From Schmidtea polychroa (Eukaryota), in the NCBI GenBank assembly GCA_044892525.1, contig CM097885.1:24554001-24618000 (forward strand): 64,000 nt of DNA. Reading direction: 5' to 3'. Shown piece after piece: positions 1 through 11,435 of this stretch. The position numbers and the translations under genes are program-made. The notes beneath the pieces were generated by a model that saw only the letters and a list, made by a program, of their open reading frames with translations, was not told the origin of the DNA and searched no databases. Position 1 is the stretch's first letter. Every line of letters starts with the position of its first letter.

Positions 1-232
1 TATAATTGTCGAGCACTCTATGGGTTCACGGACGCCGATAGAAGGCACGTGTCCGATTTATTTCGGTCCCTCATCGAGATTGTTTTCCCAAATGCCTTTC
101 TGTCGTCCATCTTGTTCTAGACAATCGCAAAGTTTAATCACATACTCATTAGACAACAAGAATCATTTATTTAATCACTACTATATTACAAGGTCTGTTT
201 TACTCAGGAGGGGTCGCACTCTCGAATATTCC

Positions 233-700
233 TCAGGATCGTGGAATGGCTGCAGGCTCTTTCGATTTTTCTTGCTCGGCCAGCCAGGCCCTTTTCAATT
301 TGTCTCTTGTATTCCGCCCCAGTCGTTTACGTTTCGGCTTGCTTGCCTGGGCAGGTGGATATATCTTGGCCAGCTTTACCGGAAGTGGGCGAATCTGCTC
401 ACAGAGAGTGTCCTGGATGAACCTTTCGTTCAGTTTACTCTCGAGCGAGCGCACTTGTAGCTTCAGCGCTCGGATTTCGAGTTGATCTTGCTCCGCCTGG
501 GTCTGGAGTTGTGAGATGTGTGTTGTCCGTTTCTTCATCTCAGCCGGACTGAACCAAGTACCTTTGAGTTCTTGGCACTTGACCTTGAGCTTCTCGACCC
601 GACTTCGAAGGTCTTTGGCTTGTTGCTGGGCCTGTTCGCGGTCCTTTCGTAGATTTTCGAGGAATTTGTACACTAAACGAAGATAATAATGAAGTTCCAT
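233..700 (-). CDS. Orphan coiled-coil protein (155 aa) with basic NLS-like patch; probably mobile-element cargo
   Basis: ATG-initiated ORF rich in heptad-like Q/E/K/L, with KPKRKR. GC is higher than the flanks. No recognisable family. Confidence 0.45.
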   Translation of the reverse strand: MELHYYLRLVYKFLENLRKDREQAQQQAKDLRSRVEKLKVKCQELKGTWFSPAEMKKRTTHISQLQTQAEQDQLEIRALKLQVRSLESKLNERFIQDTLCEQIRPLPVKLAKIYPPAQASKPKRKRLGRNTRDKLKRAWLAEQEKSKEPAAIPRS

Positions 701-997
701 AACTAGCCTTCATATGCGTAAAAGTGATTCGATTAATTGTATAGAATTAATAGATGAAGGATAGGGAGGGTCATCTCGTCCCTGGGGACACCCCATACGC
801 AATAAGACCTATATGCAATGACTAAAAGATGATCTATTATACGACGAATATGCACGATGAACAATAATATAAAAGTTCTAATAATAAAAATTTCACAAAT
901 TGTCATAATTGCTACAAAAACAGAAAAATCAAACGCAACACAGTATCACTAATTGTATCACTCAAATAATTTCGTCCGAATTGTCACTACTGATGAG

Positions 998-1408
998 TTA
1001 GACCGGGTTCTTGCGGGGCCTTCCTCGTTTTCGTGGAGGGGCATCTGCCTCCTCCAGCTCTTCGGGGGTTACTCCCTCTGCTTCGGCTCTGAGCTGGAGT
1101 TCGAGTCTCCTCAGCCGCATCTGGGCCACTTCTACTTCGACGGCCGCTCGATCGCGGGCTTCTCGCAACTCATTGTTGGTGGGCTCTGTTTTCACCCACG
1201 CCGGGGCATCGGGCTCTGGGCCACTTCGGATGACCGGACCGTAATTATCTAGGTCCAACCCCCGGTTCCAATCGTGGATCCGGTACCAGATGTACCGGGT
1301 TCGGAGTCGCGTGATCATTTGATTGTAGGCTTCATCACCGTTAGAGTCGTCAGAGTGAGACATTCTATAATACACAGCCTGATATGAGTCTTTAAGGGAC
1401 TCGGACAA
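998..1408 (-). CDS. Orphan protein with short coiled coil and C-terminal AT-hook; start uncertain
   Basis: GC-rich ORF ending PPRKRGRPRKNPV (RGRP AT-hook core). Starts at TTG; the nearest upstream ATG (~1418) is out of frame. Confidence 0.45.
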   Translation of the reverse strand: MSESLKDSYQAVYYRMSHSDDSNGDEAYNQMITRLRTRYIWYRIHDWNRGLDLDNYGPVIRSGPEPDAPAWVKTEPTNNELREARDRAAVEVEVAQMRLRRLELQLRAEAEGVTPEELEEADAPPRKRGRPRKNPV

Positions 1409-1453
1409 CGGAGTTCATAATTAAAACCTTGCATTCAAAGTTAATCATTTTCG

Positions 1454-2597
1454 ATAGTTGTAACTTGAAAAAAAAATTTAATGAAGTTGTATGACTAGAG
1501 AAACGACTGCAATTACAACCTGGATTTCCGCAATTAATTTTTAGTTAAAAAGAAATTCAAAAGTCCTGCGTAAATTTTTAGTAAATCTTACGCTTTAACT
1601 GAATATATCCTAAAATTGATAACTAAACATATCCTAAAATTGATTAGCAATTAACTTTGTTTAATTTAATCATTTAAATTTTCAGAATCTTATTTACCAC
1701 TAGATGGTAATTCAAAATTTTATACATTAATTTTTCCTACTAATTTATGAAATTAGACCATTTTGGTAATTCACCACTAAATTCGGGTGCACTGGGGCGA
1801 TAAGTATTAGTGACGAGCTTAGTTTCTCGTTTACTTACTGCTCCCTCGGTTGTGCTCGTCGTGAGTAGTATAATCTTCTCTGGCTAGCTTGGAAGTAATT
1901 TATTTATTAACAATAAATTTTCAATTTCAGGTACGTTTGGTGGGAATGGCCGATTTTAACTTTTGAGAGATTGTCATACGACTCCTTGCTGGTACTTTTG
2001 TTTTATAGTTTATATCCAATACACATAGTTGTAACTTGAAAAAAAAATTTAATGAAGTTGTATGACTAGAGAAACGACTGCAATTACAACCTGGATTTCC
2101 GCAATTAATTTTTAGTTAAAAAGAAATTCAAAAGTCCTGCGTAAATTTTTAGTAAATCTTACGCTTTAACTGAATATATCCTAAAATTGATAACTAAACA
2201 TATCCTAAAATTGATTAGCAATTAACTTTGTTTAATTTAATCATTTAAATTTTCAGAATCTTATTTACCACTAGATGGTAATTCAAAATTTTATACATTA
2301 ATTTTTCCTACTAATTTATGAAATTAGACCATTTTGGTAATTCACCACTAAATTCGGGTGCACTGGGGCGATAAGTATTAGTGACGAGCTTAGTTTCTCG
2401 TTTACTTACTGCTCCCTCGGTTGTGCTCGTCGTGAGTAGTATAATCTTCTCTGGCTAGCTTGGAAGTAATTTATTTATTAACAATAAATTTTCAATTTCA
2501 GGTACGTTTGGTGGGAATGGCCGATTTTAACTTTTGAGAGATTGTCATACGACTCCTTGCTGGTACTTTTGTTTTATAGTTTATATCCAATACACAT
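1454..2597. repeat. Perfect tandem duplication, 2 x 571 bp
   Basis: 1454-2024 is repeated at 2025-2595 with no difference visible by eye; AT microhomology at the junction. Confidence 0.95.
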
Positions 2598-3479
2598 TTA
2601 CATTTCGTTAATAATAAAGTTTAGTATTTTCTTTTGGTAATGCTTTTATATTTCATATAAAGTATGTATTCGTAATTTATTAATAATTTATAAAGTTGTT
2701 TTTTAGGTATTGCGGTAATCTGTACTATTTTCTCGATGCTTTACTGGTGGTTCAAGTAAACCTGATTAATCATTCCAAGTTATTAAGGTAAGTTTATCTA
2801 ACTCTTAATTTCTGGGGCTACTAAGTTGACTAAAATTTTTCCATCAACTGATAACCTTGGGTTAAATTAAATTATTATATACATGTAGACGCCTATACTT
2901 ACACCTATACCCAAATATATACATCCGCACATATTCTTAACTAAAATTAATAATTCTAACATCGTCTTCGGGGCTGTTACTAAAAATAGAGTTTGGTAAT
3001 TGCGAAGGTTTTTATTGGAGCAAAAGGGTATTCATTCTAAATTTAATCATGAGGGGGAATCATAATTTTTTGATAGTTTAATTTTTATAAAATAATGATA
3101 ACCATTTAATAATATATTAATAATCATGATAATAGCAATCATAATGAGGCTAATGGTAATAAGACTGCTACTGATAATAATATTAAAAATGCTAATAATA
3201 ATAATGGTAGAGCTATACTCCTATCAGATTACTATCTATGAGAGGGTCATTCATAAAAAATTAACAATTTGTATTCTATATATATATTGCAAACATTAAG
3301 GTAAATTCATAAACTATAACTTAGAAATAACTTAAACACCTATGCGATTCTTAAGTATAATACAAATTTGGAGGTAGTGTATACTTATAAATTATATTTG
3401 AAGTTTAATATTAAATTATATTTTATATTTTAAGCATATGATGCATTTAAAATTAGATATTATATTTTGTGATTTAGAC

Positions 3480-4480
3480 ACATTAGCCATCTATGAATTA
3501 TATATTTAAGTATAACATAAATTCATATTTTATAAATTTGGCATATTAGACTTTTATAAATTAGGCATATTAGACATTTATAAATTATATATTTAGGCAT
3601 AATATAAAATTATATTTTATAAATTAGGCATATTAGACCTTTATAAATTATATATTTAGGCATAATATAAAATTATATTTTATAAACTAGGCATATTAGA
3701 CATTTATAAATTATATATTTAGGCATAATATAAAATTATATTTTATAAATTAGGCATATTAGACATTTATAAGTTATATATTTAGGCATAATATAAGATT
3801 ATATTTTATGAATTAGGCATATTAGACATTTATAAACTATATATTTAAGTATAATATAAAATTATATTTTCTAATTTAGGACTATTGTACATTTATACAT
3901 TATATTTTTGAGTATCATATTAAGTTACATTTTACAGTTTAAGTATGTTCTGCATTTACCAATTATATCTTTAGGTATAATATAAAGTTATATTTTCTCC
4001 TTTCGTGCTATCATACATTTATACATTCTATTTTTAAAGATGTATTTTATAATTTAATTTTTATAGATTCTAAATCAAGTTCTATTTTATAATTTAGTAC
4101 TATTACCCAATCCTACATTATATTTTTAAGTATAATATAAAGATGCATTTTATAATTTAATATTTATAGATTATATTTTTAAGTACAATTTTTTAAGTTA
4201 TTTTCCTAATTTACGAATATTTCGCAATTATAAGTTATATTTTAAGCACAATACTAAGTTATATTTTATAATTTAGGGCAATACATATTTACAAATTATA
4301 TCTCTGAGAATAATTTTAGGTTATATTCTATAATTCAGGGATACTACATGTTTATAATTTTTATTTTTAAGGGCAATATCAAGTTATATGTTACCATTGA
4401 GGAACGCTATCTATTTAGAAATCATATAATATAAAATTCTATTTTTTAAATTAAGATGATTATACATTTAGAGATCATGT
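3480..4480. repeat. AT-rich minisatellite, 63-bp period, degenerating rightwards
   Basis: GGCATAATATAA recurs at 3596, 3659, 3722 and 3785. Confidence 0.9.
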
Positions 4481-6399
4481 GTTATTCAAAATTATATTTT
4501 ATAGTTCGGCATATTGTACATCTACAGATTAATAATTTAATGGTAATATGAGGTTACGTTTCACAATTTACTAACATGAGGCCTTCATGAGCTATTCCTT
4601 CCTGATTATATTCTACGATATAATTAACTGAGTCTTTTCATTTTATTATTTACGCCTGTCGAACTTCTTTATGAGGATTAATGCTTTTAATTCTGAGAAA
4701 GATCTTTACAATGACACGAAAATTCTATATATCAATGAGGTTCGACAAACGTTTAGGTATAACGTGGGTTCCTTAATGATATCCAACCGACTGCATTACT
4801 AAATTGTAAGATGATGTTTATTTAAGTCTGAGTTCTACTCAATTATGACCTTAGTGGAAGACTATTGTATGAGATTTTTAATGTTGAGTTTAATTGTGTT
4901 CTGCATTCGAACTCGGGAAGAATGCTTGCTTACACGGCCTTACTGTGACCGCTACGGCAAGCCCTACTGTAGTGTTGAGTCGAAACATCACTGTCGACCG
5001 ATAAATAAATATATGGAGCCATAGCGAAGGGGTTTTATCGACACAACTCCATGGCAGAACCATGAAGTGGCCGACCTCCGATGACCGAACAAAAAAAAAT
5101 ATATAAAGGATATTGCATGTCTGCATGTTTCATTTTAGAAAAATTCATTACCATCAAATGTAGGACTAAATAGAGACGCTCTGAGACGCCGCTGATCAGT
5201 CGTATTTAAAGAAATAAAAAATTAAATAAAATAAAAATAAAAAAATAGGTCTAAAAAAATGATTTACATTAAAATAATTACATAAGTGCTTATTCATAGA
5301 TAAAACATATATAAATCAAAAAATACCTACTATTAATTTTTCGGCAAAATTTTCGTCAACAAAAAATTGGCATAAAGTGATTGATTGTGACTGAAACGTG
5401 TCAGTATATATACCTATTTTGTACACGTGTATGTATTGATGCATTAAAACAAACTCGAATTCTTTTTATTCCAGAATTTTCTATTTCGCGATTTTGATAT
5501 TTTTAATGGCAATTTTTGTGCCATAATTTTTGTTTTTATTTTTAAATTTTTATTTTTTAATTATTTTTCATTAATTTTACGTCCATGGTGGATTTGGAAC
5601 GGTTCCAGAACATTCTATATTACTTTTAATTTAATTTTTATTTTAACTGATGTTTTATGAATTTCTTTTTAAGATTTTTTTTATTTTTATTACTAATTTA
5701 TTTATTTTTCTAAATTTTATTGTTTAAGGTAGCTTTTATGATGGTCATCGCCATTTTTATGGAATGTTCTGGGTTTTTCTGGAATTTTTTACTGTTTTTA
5801 CCATCTTTTAAGTTATTCGAGTTTGCTTTTTGTAATTCTATGTTTATTTGGTTATTTTTGAGTTAGATTTTGCATAACTTCTTGCTTTTGTATAATTTTT
5901 ATTTAATTTCTGTGTTTATATTTTTTGTTGTTTCTCTTTTAATCATTATTGTTTATTTGATGTAATTTTAATATTTAACTATACTTTTTGCTTTTTGCAT
6001 GCTGTGTACTTACACATTTCAGTCACAATTATAAGTTTGGGTCTAGAATTCAGTTCTAGCCCAACATAAAACACTCGGGGGCCCATAAAATTGCGACCCG
6101 CAATTTAAATCAGAAGATAAATAAGATTATTTTCAGAATACTTGCACTATATTACAAGTGCCTACATGCAAATTGGGTCCACGAGCTACAGGGTCGTGAC
6201 CTCAATACCCACATACATAAAAATGCTACTATTACACTACATTTTACAGATGGGTTGAAAGATGAAGAAAAAGAACGACCGAGGTCGGTCCACATTAAAA
6301 TAAAATTATCATGCTCAGGAATCAATGTTATCAGTCATAATCAGTCTCAGTCTTTAAAATCACAATTGTTTGATAATGTTTTATAATGTCACGAAATGT

Positions 6400-7407
6400 T
6401 TATACTGTCGTGATGTCACAATAATAGAATTCGGTTGTTCGGGATCTCGTCTCGATGACGGCTCTGGTTTCAATGTTTGGGGAAGATTTGAAGTATCTTG
6501 GTTGGTTCGTTGTTTGGACTAGCTGTTCTTCCATTGGGATACGAATACTTCTTGATTGTTCTTTTAGTTTGAGGGTTTTGCTTCTTTCTTTACTGGGATT
6601 GGGTTTGAGTGCAATCAGGCTCAGTACGGTGATGTTTATCATTAGGCTTGCCGCTAATAGGATCAATATTGTGAGGGGTTCAGATTCTCTTAATTCTACT
6701 ATTTTGGGCTTGTTCATCATTTCTCCCAATTGGGTTGTATCTGCAATTTCTGATTTTTCGGGTTTGTTGAATTTGTTTTCTTCCGAGGTGACAACTTTCT
6801 TTATTTCCTCTAGGGTTTTAATCATCTTCTCGGAGTTCATTGGGTTTTTGTTTATGGTAGTTAGGATTTCTCTTGTCATTTTTTTCAAGGTCTTCGTTAC
6901 CTCGTTTTAAATGCTGGGTTCCTCTTTGATGGTGGAAATTATTTTTCCTCTCATTTCCTTTAAAGATTTTACTACTATTTCGCAATTGCTTGAACGTCCA
7001 TTGGCGGCTGTTGTTACCTGTTGTTTTATTTCCTCTAATATTATTACCATCATTCTCATTGCGGCTGGGTCTGTTTGGGATTCTCTCTTTGCTTTCTGAC
7101 TTTGACATTGTTTGGCTAATGTTGCTATCAGGGTTCTGATAACTTTCAGTTCTTGTTCTAAGATTGTTTTTATTGTCTGAGCCATTTGCACTTCCGTCGA
7201 ACTTTCAGTTGTTGGTGGACATTGCGAACATTGCAACTTGATTTGTTCGCATTCCTCATTGGGTTTTTCGCAGATTGATTTAAAGCTACTACATGTGCTA
7301 TCTTCTCTGCGATATGGGTATTCTTTTTGACATCTAATCATTGATTCTTCAGCTTGCAGGATTCTTGGCATTGTCATTATAATCATCACCACGATTAGGC
7401 TTCTCAT
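6400..7407 (-). pseudogene. Type-I membrane protein (~335 aa): signal peptide, Cys-rich domain, helical stalk, TM, tail with PMEE; one in-frame stop; TNFR-like or env-position gene
   Basis: ORFs 6907-7407 and 6400-6888 share a frame and are separated only by TAA at 6907-6909. Signal MRSLIVVMIIMTMPRILQA, six clustered Cys, TM LTILILLAASLMINITVLSLIAL. Confidence 0.65.
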
Positions 7408-7483
7408 CTTTACATATACATATACATTAACAATAATTACTTGGCTTTATTTACAATTTATTTACACAGTTATTTTGTCTCAT

Positions 7484-8251
7484 TTATTGGGAGTCACCGA
7501 CCTCATCTCTTAATTTTACGGGAGGTTCAGGTGCTCGTCTTTTGCTCAACTCGTTCATTCTTATTACTTCGAGTTGCGTTGCTATCAACTGTCTTTTTAA
7601 TTCTGGTATTCCTTGTAATTGCTTCTCTTTACTTTTCCATTTTCTCTGTCTGATGGTCATTGTCGTCTGCAGTGTTTGCATGCTTCGTCGTTTTTGATTT
7701 AAAATTCTCCGGTAATTTTCTTTCAACTTCCATTGTTTTTCTGTTTCCTCTCTTTGTTCCTTGATCTCTTCCTTGAGTTTTGCATTTCTCTTCTCGACTC
7801 GTTTACTTTCTTGCATTCTCGTTTTTGCATAAGCATATTGTGCTTCTAACTGTTCGATATAAACTTGATCGATATTTACAATCTTTTTCAACTTCCTTGT
7901 TTCTGATTTCCAATAATCTTCGATTACTACCTGAGCTCTCAATTCCATTATCTCCTGTCTCAGGTTTTTATTTTCTGTCTCTTTTCGTTTCGATTCATTT
8001 GTTTCCCTCAAAATTTCTTGCTTGACAGTGTTTATTAATCGTCTTGATTGAACAATTTGCTGTCTCAATCTCGTAGTCTCTACATTTTGATTTGCAATTT
8101 TCGTTTTGAACAAATTCCTGCTGACTCTCCATTTATTACTATAATATTTCATCGATTCTTGTTTGATTGGCATCGTATTCTGGCTTTGTTCAGGTTGGTC
8201 GTTTGACCTTCTTTCGTTACTTGTTGATTCTCTTTCTTTTAAATAATTCAT
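7484..8251 (-). CDS. Orphan basic coiled-coil protein (~255 aa)
   Basis: Open frame from the ATG at 8251; K/R/E/Q-rich heptads. Confidence 0.55.
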   Translation of the reverse strand: MNYLKERESTSNERRSNDQPEQSQNTMPIKQESMKYYSNKWRVSRNLFKTKIANQNVETTRLRQQIVQSRRLINTVKQEILRETNESKRKETENKNLRQEIMELRAQVVIEDYWKSETRKLKKIVNIDQVYIEQLEAQYAYAKTRMQESKRVEKRNAKLKEEIKEQREETEKQWKLKENYRRILNQKRRSMQTLQTTMTIRQRKWKSKEKQLQGIPELKRQLIATQLEVIRMNELSKRRAPEPPVKLRDEVGDSQ

Positions 8252-8434
8252 ATCTACAAAAATATACACATCATATTTCCTTTCGTCTTCTTTTTATTTT
8301 GAATTTTTGATTTTGTAGTTTTTATTTTTATTTTTATTTTTATTTTTTTTATTTTATTTTTTTTATTTTTTTTTTTTTTGAAATCATTCTTTTTTTTGAA
8401 ATCAATCTTATTTACAGGCAACATCTCTCTTCGA

Positions 8435-10032
8435 CTAAATCCATGTTGCGTTATTTTGTTCGTTATTTTTTTCGAAGCCTTCATCTGTTGTGACTTCGGC
8501 AGGCTGTGGCACTTGCAACGGGAACGGGTAGAGTGGCATTAATAATATTGGTGGTTGTCTCCTTAACCGATCTAATTCCTCCCGCAATTCCGTTGAGATG
8601 TTTATTTCTTCATCCAACAAAAACGTTAATCTACTTTCGTTTTCTATCATTTCGTCTAATTCCTCTTCCAATCGTTGGGTTCTTTCCAGCGCTTTTAGCT
8701 TCTCGATTTCTGCCCTCAGATTCGCTTCGTTTCCTTCGAAGCATCGTTTTATTATTTCGGTTTCCTGTTTGGCTTGTTGAATTGCCTTATCGCACTCTTC
8801 TCTACATTTCGCATTAAGCTCAATCTGATGCTTCCAATTTACATCCCTTTAAGTGTACATACCTATATATCCGTTCATCTCTTGATTGGCCTCGTCCACT
8901 TCCGTTCGTAATTGTCGGATCTGTCGAGCTTGGTCTGTCAATTGTTGTTCCCATCTCTTTTCTTGGTATTCATACCTTCTTATCTCTCGAGTCTGTTTCT
9001 TTATGACTCTCCGTCTACCGTCGCTGGTCCGCGTCTTGATTCTATGTTCTCTACTCAGTCGGCTGATCTCATCTTTTTGGTTTTCTATCGTTTCCCACAT
9101 TTTGAATTCGTCTCTTTCCATCAGTTTCATTGGCAACTGTCTTAACTCTTCTTTGGTCTCTTTCCAATTCTTTTTCCATTTTCGGGCTTGATGCTTGAGA
9201 CACTTTTCGGTTTCCTCAGATTTCTGCTGTCGTTTTCTCCACTCTACTTCTTCTTCTTCTCGCTGTGTAGCCCTCGTTTCGTAAAATTCTTGGTCTGCTT
9301 TTCGTAGTCTCAGTTGTTCCTTGCTACTGATTTTCCAATAGAGCACTTGAGTTTGACTTCCTAGATATTTATACTTCCATTTCTGAGCTTGTATTTTTAT
9401 TTGTGTGTTAATTCGCTCTAATACGTTATCCTTAATGATGGGTTCTCTGTGCGGTGTTCTCCTCCCTTGACCCCTGACTTCGTTTAGGGTCTTTTTGCAT
9501 CTTTCCCATTTTTCTTTCATCATTGCGCATTTGCCCTTTACTTCTTCTAGTTCTGCCTTATAACCTCGTATTTGATGTTCGTGACTATAATTCTGCCTTG
9601 TTTGGAGTGTTTCGTATTTTCGCTTCCATTGTTGCGCTTGTAGTTTTATTCGTTCCGTTTTACGCTGTTCCTCCTCGCATTGCTCTTTTGCTTCTCTAAG
9701 TTGTTCTTTTTGCATTATTATTTCTCCGCATAACCCAACTATCTCCATAATCCGTTGAGTTCGTAAATTCGAGAGCTCTTCCTCTAATTCTTGGTATGTT
9801 GAGGTATTTCTCACATCCTCGGTTAATTCCTCTACCTGTTTCATCCATTTCTCTTTTGTTGCTAGCGCTTCCGCCTTCTCCACTTCTAACTCTTGTTGCT
9901 TTTCTCATACATGGTTTTGTACATTTCTATTTCTCTCTTTACTCTTTCTGCTTCGTAAGCTTGTATGATGGATTTGTACTGTTCAAGTTGTTGCATCTCG
10001 GTCTCCACATAGGTTTGCGATTCCTTATTCAT
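8435..10032 (-). pseudogene. Orphan long coiled-coil protein (~530 aa) with one frameshift and one in-frame stop
   Basis: ATG at 10032 (MNKESQTYVETE...), frameshift near 9900, ORF 8849-9883, then in-frame continuation past TAA 8849-8851 to the stop at 8435. Confidence 0.6.
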
Positions 10033-10114
10033 TGTCTAAATAATTACACTATTACTACTACTATTATTTCATATATTTATTATCTACACTTTATACACGG
10101 AATTTTAATTTTTG

Positions 10115-11294
10115 TTATTGATCGGAGTAGCGAAATCCTTTGATTCGCTGCGCAATCCTCTGTCTACACATTGGACATTCCTTTACTTTTCTACTACACG
10201 TGGCACATGCGATCAAATGTCCGCATTGCATATGAATAACTTCTACACTCCTCTCCCAACACATAGTACATTTGATATCTCGTAAGATAGCTGCTTTGAC
10301 CATTGATTCTTCTTTTATTTTTGTTTCAGGTTTTTCTCTATACTGAGTTATCGCTCTGATCATATCGTACGTTGTTGTTGGTATATGCACGTTTTTCTGT
10401 AGTTTCTCTCTAATCATTTTCTTTACCCTTGTCGTGCCTATTCCGGCTACTTTCAACGCTCTGCGCATGTTGGGCTTGTCTACGACTTCGTCGACCTCTT
10501 CTTCTGTTACCAGTACTTCTGGATATTCGGTTTCTTGTTCGCTGTGATATAGGCACCATGCTTGATGTCTTATTTCTGGCATGCCTTCTTCTGGTAATCT
10601 CTGTTGACTTTCGCATCTTTCACACTTGAGTATTTGCTTTTCTGTTAGATAGAATCCTCTTATTGCTAGTTCAGGTCCTCTCGTATCATCTCCGAACGTT
10701 TTCATTCTATTATCTGCTATTTGCGTGAGGAATTCGCCTTCACAAGTTGGAACATATTCGTCAACGATTCTGGTTATCGCGATTGTCATTTTCCCTCCTT
10801 TTTCGTCTTCAGTTTTCAATTTCTCCAGTGCTTCGTATTTTATTTCAGGTTTGTTGTATACATCAAATCCCATTACGAATGGACAATTTGGGAATCGTTT
10901 GCGATGTTCTTCCTTTGGGTGCTCTCCTTTTTTCCATTCTGCTAATTTCCCGTTACAGAAGCGGCACGTTACTTGATCGGGTATCTCTGGTTTTCCGGTG
11001 AAGAAAAATCTGTTGAGTGCCAGCGCTCGACTCTGTTCCTCGGTGAAAATGGTCTGGTGTTCAAATGACAGGTATCTCTGGTTTTCACATCTGAATTGCT
11101 CATTGCTCCCCTGCCTCAAATCTCCCTGCACTAAGCTATAACCATTTCCCACAATTCTTCGATAGTACGTGAAGCCACTGGGTTTTGTTCTGCTGACTTC
11201 CGAATTTCCTACCTTTTCTCCGGATGACGTATCGTACTCCTTCTTTCATTGTGATCGTTTTCTTTCGGATATTCGGTCTCGCTTGATTAATCAT
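10115..11294 (-). CDS. Inhibitor of apoptosis (IAP/BIRC-like): BIR + degenerate BIR + C-terminal RING
   Basis: Canonical BIR C-x2-C-x16-H-x6-C (CRFC...EEHRKRFPNCPFV), a second BIR-like unit (RMKTF...GFY...CERC...H..C) and an IAP-type RING CTMC...CGHLIACATC...CPMCR. Open frame 10115-11152; the upstream ATG at 11294 is frameshifted relative to it. Confidence 0.9.
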
Positions 11295-11435
11295 CTATAA
11301 TAAATTTCATCATTTCTTTTTGCATTTTTCTTTTTCTAATTTTTATGGTTTTGGTGAATTATGTTACTTTATACAATAGCTTTATAATTACTTTACATCG
11401 TTTTTACAAAATATTTACAGTTTCCCTCTATCCGT

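Larger units (their letters stand above)
1454..6073 (-). mobile_element. Giant LTR-like repeat (>=4 kb), probably the 3' LTR of a giant retroelement; distal end unresolved
   Basis: Begins TGTT(TTA)TGTTGGGCTAGAAC at 6066-6073 on the minus strand. Shares this boundary and ~1.3 kb of clear homology with 60478-61830. Preceded by an AATTGCG-ggt-CGCAATT hairpin and GGGCCCCCGAG rather than a classical PPT. Confidence 0.6.

Noticed and set aside
3480..4480. CRISPR-like periodic array
   Set aside because: Contiguous tandem repeat with no unique spacers, no cas genes, and a eukaryotic context.
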